Positions 28,112-33,320 of a DNA stretch of 33,320 bases are shown piece after piece (position 1 is the first letter of the stretch; each line of letters starts with the position of its first letter). Position numbers and translations under genes: made by a program. The stretch covers positions 1 to 33,320 of the forward strand of contig JBAXJR010000026.1 in the NCBI GenBank assembly GCA_037137755.1, given 5' to 3'. This DNA is from Methanomicrobiales archaeon (GTDB lineage: Archaea > Halobacteriota > Methanomicrobia > Methanomicrobiales > Methanospirillaceae). The notes under the pieces were generated by a model. It was not told the DNA's origin and made no database searches. It saw nothing but the letters and a program-made list of their open reading frames with translations.

Positions 28112-30459
28112 TCTACCCCACCCCCTTTTCGTACCAGTCGTGGTAGCAGTGTAGGGTCCGGGATACGGCCGTCACCTTCTTTCCAGTCTGTCTGGCGCAG
28201 GGCTTTCTGGATGTCCTCTTTCATCGCCACCGGAATATCCGCGGTTGTTCGCACGAACAGGTGCATATCGTCCGGCATAACCCCGAAAAACTTCCTGTGG
28301 AGATCGATGTAATGGTTCAGCTTGATAGACCTGCCCTTTGTCGTATCGCTTGGCCTCATGCAGAGTTTCGGGATGAGCACCATTGCCTCCTCGCGTGTCT
28401 CAGCGACGGCGAAAAGGTGCTCGGGAGTTGGAGCTGCGTAGACCCGCTCCCCTGTCCTCGCATCAATGACCTCCCAGTCCTCGTCATGGTCCTTACGGCC
28501 GAGGAGCATCCTCCGGTATTTTGCGCCATGGGGCCCGACGATGACGGGTATCCCGAGACGCCAGAACCCAGCTGCAATGGAAGATGCCTTCTGGGACATC
28601 GCACCCCATGCTATCCCGACAGCCCCGACACGGTTATGGACATAGTCTGCGATCTCTTCATAATTCGAATTCAGCTGCCTTCTTGCAAAAATGTTCGCGA
28701 TCTTAATCGCAGCCCCGGATATGTGGGCGTTTGAAACGCACGAACCGCAGTTGACGAGGCCCCCCGCATCGAAGGTCCCGGGATACGCTTCGTAGAGGCC
28801 CTGCCCGTCTTCCGTCTTATACATCCCGATTTGCATAGCGGCACATCCGGAGGTGGTCACGATATATCGTCTTTTTAAGAATTCTTCGGCGATAAAGCCC
28901 ACATCTTTCCATGAGCCCGGGTTGTTTGAGCACCCGACCATCCCGAGTACCCCTGGGACTTCACCCATCACAATCGGACCTCCGACTGCACGGATCTCGG
29001 TGTCCCGGATCGGCCCCCTGCCGCAGCGGACCCGGAACTTTTCCTTCCCCATTCGGATCCTTGACGCACCGAGGATCATCGTGTGGGGCATCAGGCCCTT
29101 CGCACAGACACCTTCGCCTTCACACCTCGTACAACCGATGCATGACTCGTACAATTCACCAAGAAGGCTCAGGTTTCCCTTTCCGGCAGCGGCGATGGCC
29201 TCTGCGAGGGGGAGATCATTGGGACATACCCTCCTGCAGTTGTCACACCCGCCGCAGGTTTTTGCGGCAGCGGCAATGGTTGCCTCGTCAGGAATTGCAC
29301 GGAATTTTTTCCTTTTCGGGAACATGACCGTTGCAAGGCGGACCGCCACCTCTCCCGCCTTAACAGGGTCAAGAATTGCCGCACCAGTACTTTTACCATT
29401 GATAATATCCCCAACGATGCTGTCGATCGGGTCATTTGTTCTGTCCGGGAGCCCCTGGAAATTTTTGCAACTTGTCGCTATAACCGGTGCATGTACCTTT
29501 TCAGCCTCAATTACAACATCTGTCCGGACACATTGCTCGTCGATTACGATGACATCTGCCCCCCCATAACGGATAAACCGTATCTGGTGAGAGAGTGGGC
29601 CGACGATCTTCGCCTGGTTATTGTATCGTGTCAGATCGAGGGCGGTACAGCATATCCCGGCAAGGTCGATAGCATCTTCAAGGCCATGGTCACGCATATA
29701 ATCCGTGATCTCAACTGAAGGGGCAACATTATGGCCAATGACCAGAATTGACGGTTTAGCGGGGTTCACACATCCGATGCCGATATCAACGAGTGCAGCC
29801 TCCGGGTCCCCTTTAGGAAAATTAAGTGAGGAGATCTGTGCGATGTCAGCAGCCTCCATCGCAACATGGTCGATCATCCCTGCATGGAAAACCTTGGACT
29901 CGAAATCAATATTGTTACCTTCCTGACCGGTATGACAGCAGGCAAGGAGCTGGGTGATCTCCTTCTCGCAATAATCCAGCACATCTTCAAGATCTCCAAG
30001 TGTGATCGGTTTGATCCCGGTTACCAGCCGGATATTCGGTGCTTCCAGGTTTACAGAGGTACCAATGTCAAGGAGGTGGTCACGGCCCGAGGTTTCAACC
30101 AGGCGTTCGAGAAGATGGCGTGCGTGACCTGTATGAGTTGCCGTCCCGATTGATGCCGAGAGAAGCACGATACGGGACTGCTGGGCCGCCATATCTATCC
30201 CACAGGCCCCGCGTTTCCCACGTGAAAGGTCGCACTTCCCCATGGTGCATAAGCAGCAAAGGTCACAAAACGGGAGATAATGGGGGGGATATTTCTTCAG
30301 GAGTTTATGGTCCCATTCCCGGAGATCCCCGATACCCGGCATACGCGTAGGGCCGGGCCGTTCCTCCCACGTCCTGATGATCCGCCCGATATCGAGTTCG
30401 ACCCCGTGTGCCCTGATATCGTCGCCAATCAATTCGTCGATTTTAACCCTTGCTTTCAT
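28108..30459 (-). CDS. cdhA: ACDS complex alpha subunit (CO dehydrogenase)
   Basis: CDLCCLCTMGKC, IGHNV, GICCT, DEQC, two ferredoxin-like Cys clusters, GCSN, SGCAA and CGSCVSNAH motifs. Start set at ATG 30459; the ORF extends to 30522. Confidence 0.96.
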   Translation of the reverse strand: MKARVKIDELIGDDIRAHGVELDIGRIIRTWEERPGPTRMPGIGDLREWDHKLLKKYPPHYLPFCDLCCLCTMGKCDLSRGKRGACGIDMAAQQSRIVLLSASIGTATHTGHARHLLERLVETSGRDHLLDIGTSVNLEAPNIRLVTGIKPITLGDLEDVLDYCEKEITQLLACCHTGQEGNNIDFESKVFHAGMIDHVAMEAADIAQISSLNFPKGDPEAALVDIGIGCVNPAKPSILVIGHNVAPSVEITDYMRDHGLEDAIDLAGICCTALDLTRYNNQAKIVGPLSHQIRFIRYGGADVIVIDEQCVRTDVVIEAEKVHAPVIATSCKNFQGLPDRTNDPIDSIVGDIINGKSTGAAILDPVKAGEVAVRLATVMFPKRKKFRAIPDEATIAAAAKTCGGCDNCRRVCPNDLPLAEAIAAAGKGNLSLLGELYESCIGCTRCEGEGVCAKGLMPHTMILGASRIRMGKEKFRVRCGRGPIRDTEIRAVGGPIVMGEVPGVLGMVGCSNNPGSWKDVGFIAEEFLKRRYIVTTSGCAAMQIGMYKTEDGQGLYEAYPGTFDAGGLVNCGSCVSNAHISGAAIKIANIFARRQLNSNYEEIADYVHNRVGAVGIAWGAMSQKASSIAAGFWRLGIPVIVGPHGAKYRRMLLGRKDHDEDWEVIDARTGERVYAAPTPEHLFAVAETREEAMVLIPKLCMRPSDTTKGRSIKLNHYIDLHRKFFGVMPDDMHLFVRTTADIPVAMKEDIQKALRQTDWKEGDGRIPDPTLLPRLVRKGGGVE

Positions 30460-30669
30460 TTCCGGTATTTTCCTCTCGTCTGGCTGGACATATAAATCAT
30501 GGGAAATACGCAATCTTAACACTTTGCCAACAGTGCATTTTCGGGCTCATTTTTAGATTTGAGTCCGGGGGATCGCATCTTTTGGGATTCATGCTTGAAA
30601 AAGTGTAAGAAAATTTTACCCCTTCTATCTTCTTTTAGTGTTCACTTACTATATTAGTATAATATTTTA

Positions 30670-30677
30670 TTATATAT
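30670..30677 (-). promoter_or_regulatory. Candidate TATA box of the cdh operon
   Basis: Minus strand ATATATAA within an AT-rich block about 210 nt upstream of cdhA. Confidence 0.45.
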
Positions 30678-30722
30678 CTATCAAATACGGCATTCGTTTT
30701 CGAAAATGGGGGCTCTTTGTCC

Positions 30723-30774
30723 TGAACAATTGACATTTGTTCAATGCGTGTTCAACAAATGTTCAGTGCGTTCA
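30723..30774. repeat. Phased GTTCA direct repeats plus a TGAACAA-N7-TTGTTCA palindrome
   Basis: GTTCA at 30739, 30750, 30761 and 30770; inverted copy at 30723; another copy at 30640. Confidence 0.7.
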
Positions 30775-31008
30775 GGATAATTAAGAAAAAAGAAGTTGTT
30801 TGGATGCTCCAATGATGGACTCGGCCATCGATTGAGGATCGCCGGATCTTTCCTCTCTCACCTAAGTAGAGCCAATTGAAAGTAGGAGAGATGAAATTCA
30901 ACTGGATACTACAAATCGGTTATAGAACCATTTGGCCTCTCAAAATGTATATCATCTTATAACCAATTATATCCAATTAGGATTAACGAGTAGTAGGAGG
31001 AGGTAGAG

Positions 31009-31164
31009 GTGGCGAAGCCAATTGAATTAGAAACAGTCCTTGTAGGGGAACATGCAAGGGCGTTTCATGAATATATGGAAAGTAACGTCAGCCACGAGAC
31101 CCCAGAAAGTCGACAGGTTATGAGAGAGGCCAGGGAGCTTTCAAAAAGATTCAAATTTTTATGA
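31009..31164 (+). CDS. 51-aa putative antitoxin (not in the ORF track)
   Basis: Manual translation MAKPIELETVLVGEHARAFHEYMESNVSHETPESRQVMREARELSKRFKFL; GTG start after AGGAGGAGG; ATGA overlap with the GNAT gene. Confidence 0.78.
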   Translation: MAKPIELETVLVGEHARAFHEYMESNVSHETPESRQVMREARELSKRFKFL

Positions 31165-31721
31165 AAATCCCCCTCAACGACTTAAATTTTTTTAAATTAG
31201 ATGATTCCTTCGATATCTCTTCTTTCAATTGTGGGAATTTGGAAATTGATTCGTTCATTAAAGACGACGCAAAAAGGTACCAAAAGGATAAAATTGCCGT
31301 CACTTACCTTTGTTATTATCATGACAATTTAGTTGGTTTCTTCTCGGTTGCCATGGGATGTATCGATGCGCGGGCAGTCGAACCACAAGACGGTAAGAAA
31401 GGATACAGCCCTAGAAAATTTCCGGCCTTGAGATTGGCACAAATGGCGACCTTAAAAGAATATCAAAGGCATGACGTCGGTAAAAATATGTTAGCATATG
31501 TTTTTGCGATAGGGTTTGCACTGTGTGAATTTATTGGATGCAGGGTTGTTATTGTAGATGCAAAAAAGGACGAAAAAACTATTAATTTTTATAAAAAATA
31601 CGGATCTTTTGAAGACTTCGGCCCTTCCGATGCTACAACCCAGTCGCTATTGCGAGATCTTAATAAGATTCCCGAAGGAGAACGAATTAATACAGAACTT
31701 ACGGAATATCAAAAAAAGTGA
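31161..31721 (+). CDS. GNAT acetyltransferase, TacT/AtaT-like putative toxin
   Basis: FNCG...ID.F, PALRL, GCRVVIVDAK and FYKKYG motifs typical of GNAT toxins of TA systems. Confidence 0.85.
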   Translation: MKIPLNDLNFFKLDDSFDISSFNCGNLEIDSFIKDDAKRYQKDKIAVTYLCYYHDNLVGFFSVAMGCIDARAVEPQDGKKGYSPRKFPALRLAQMATLKEYQRHDVGKNMLAYVFAIGFALCEFIGCRVVIVDAKKDEKTINFYKKYGSFEDFGPSDATTQSLLRDLNKIPEGERINTELTEYQKK

Positions 31722-31896
31722 TAATTTCGCAGGCGTCTATCTCGGTTGTATTTTAATAATTCAGAATCTTCAAGACATTTTTCCACGGACCAAAAAAGAT
31801 TGGATACTACTTGAAGTAACCGTTCAATGAATTCTAGGGCTACATTTCCATAAATCTTTTTTAAATTCTCTACTCACTCTCTTCGTTGAATACGAG

Positions 31897-32034
31897 GTGG
31901 ACAATATCGGGAAGTTGACCGGGGAAGAGAAGGCAAGAATGGATACAATTGCTTTCCAGATCTGCGAGAACTGTTGCCAGGCTAAAGCATTCCCGACCCG
32001 GAAAGGGACCGGGTATATCGAGGTGGGCTCATGA
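31897..32034 (+). CDS. Small hypothetical protein with CxxCC motif (not in the ORF track)
   Basis: 45 open codons (VDNIGKLTGEEKARMDTIAFQICENCCQAKAFPTRKGTGYIEVGS); stop overlaps the next ATG. Start uncertain. Confidence 0.4.
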   Translation: MDNIGKLTGEEKARMDTIAFQICENCCQAKAFPTRKGTGYIEVGS

Positions 32035-32252
32035 CCTCGGTTACCGTTTCGCTCCGGACCGCCTTATTGATCGCAAAAGACCGGGAAAAGGCAATTCCGA
32101 GGTGGAAACAGTGGCGTTTACGGAACCCGGAAAAGGATAAGGAGCAAAGGAGGGCCTATTATTGGCGGAATCGGGATAAAATCGCTGTAAATAGCCGTAT
32201 TCGGTATTGGATGAGAAAGGGGGCCAATGCGGGCGATTTAAAGGAACAATAA
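32031..32252 (+). CDS. Small basic hypothetical protein, virus-like
   Basis: GAGGTG RBS; W..RNPEK....RAYY.RNRDK pattern resembles the helical repeats of phage HNH-type proteins. Confidence 0.55.
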   Translation: MTSVTVSLRTALLIAKDREKAIPRWKQWRLRNPEKDKEQRRAYYWRNRDKIAVNSRIRYWMRKGANAGDLKEQ

Positions 32253-32553
32253 GGGAGATTATGGTCCAGGTATGATAGGATGTTCGACGAATAATAAGGT
32301 TTTATGATTAAACGGGGCTAATATGGATGTTATTCTACGAATGTTGTTTTGACCTGAATATGGGTATAGGATAAATCATTTGGAATTATATCCGAGACTT
32401 AATAAAAAAACCCTCCTGAAGCAAGATGGCTTCGCACGAAGCGATGAAAATATGAATGCCATATTTTTTACGCCTATAACGTTGTTGGATCCGAAAGAAA
32501 AGTAATACGTATCTAAATGTTTATTGCCCTGAAAATCAGATAAGCCGAATTAT

Positions 32554-33051
32554 ATGCGACAAAAATTGACAAAACCAATTGTGATACATTATACGCACAA
32601 ATGTGTTTGCGGTCGTGAAACTGAAGTGAGACATCTATATAGCCCGGGGGATAATTTTCCAGCCCTTCCTGGGTATCACAAATGCAATCAATGTAATTCC
32701 TATTTTGTAATGACATTTCCACCAATAGGAACTATTTATCACATGAAAATTGATGGGCTTAATATTTTTGGAAATGAGTATTTGGTTAATTTTGAACTTA
32801 GAAGAAAAATCTACGAGCAATTTTCCCAACGAGAGTCGCAAATTAAATCATATCTTTTTGGTCTAATAAAACTAAATAATTTTTCTAAGAATGAAAAAGC
32901 AGAGTTTCAACTATTTAGAACGAATCTGAAATATTTCAAAGATAGAAAGGAAAATTCGATGATCACTTCTGAAGAACGCCAATATTTATATCAGCTAAAT
33001 CCTGAAGGCCTTTTAAAGGATTGGTTTGCAATTTGTAAGGAGAAGGTATGA
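32554..33051 (+). CDS. Hypothetical protein with N-terminal zinc-ribbon-like motif
   Basis: 165-aa ORF in AT-rich DNA with HKCVCG...HKCNQC. Confidence 0.65.
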   Translation: MRQKLTKPIVIHYTHKCVCGRETEVRHLYSPGDNFPALPGYHKCNQCNSYFVMTFPPIGTIYHMKIDGLNIFGNEYLVNFELRRKIYEQFSQRESQIKSYLFGLIKLNNFSKNEKAEFQLFRTNLKYFKDRKENSMITSEERQYLYQLNPEGLLKDWFAICKEKV

Positions 33052-33320
33052 ACAAATCGTTGGACAACACGTTTATCATATATTCTAGGGATTAGAAATT
33101 GCCTATGAAATGTGCCCATACGTCTTCTGGTTATCAATGCTAAGCACCCGAATAACTCCGAATTGATGATTAATCGGAATATTTTTGATAACATTAAAAA
33201 ACCCCGCATGCTGATCAAATAGGAATATCCGGTTTGACATGACGCGGAAAGTCTGTTTTAACATTGCTATACTAATAATGATACATAAACATGATTGCAC
33301 CTAAAATTTAAAAGATGAAT

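Noticed and set aside
30723-30774. CRISPR array
   Set aside because: Units are about 11 bp with no spacers, and there are no cas genes
30805-30900. C/D box sRNA or tRNA remnant
   Set aside because: Only a partial C-box-like ATGATGG and a short hairpin; no CTGA D box at suitable spacing and no cloverleaf
30891-30962. 23-aa hydrophobic ORF (MKFNWILQIGYRTIWPLKMYIIL) as a type I toxin
   Set aside because: RBS spacing is only 2 nt and there is no continuous TM segment; it probably overlaps the TA promoter
32991-33300. Minus-strand ORFs 32991..33218 and 33103..33300
   Set aside because: Short and mutually overlapping with no motifs; cannot be assessed at the window edge

Overview
Archaeal chromosome segment, most consistent with a Methanomicrobiales-type methanogen (inferred from gene content and protein style, not from a search). 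The left 16 kb is housekeeping: gap, tyrS, rio1, KH/Dim2, hel308, cgi121, moaB, a ~1.4 kb replication origin with ORB elements next to cdc6, an Lrp regulator, an aminotransferase, purA, trm112, cbiB and pdxST. Next comes a COG1361/ABC export trio. From 19.1 to 30.5 kb lies a complete ACDS/CODH operon (cdhA-B-C-D-E). It is extended by an unusual accessory module: a stand-alone MtaC-like corrinoid protein translationally coupled to a DUF166 protein with an apparent C-terminal winged-helix tail, a bacterial-type RACo corrinoid activator and a displaced cooC, with no methyltransferase in the window. The right end is an AT-rich accessory region containing a phased GTTCA repeat array, a GNAT toxin with an unlisted 51-aa partner gene, and small virus-like ORFs. 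All calls come from motif recognition by eye; no database searches were run.
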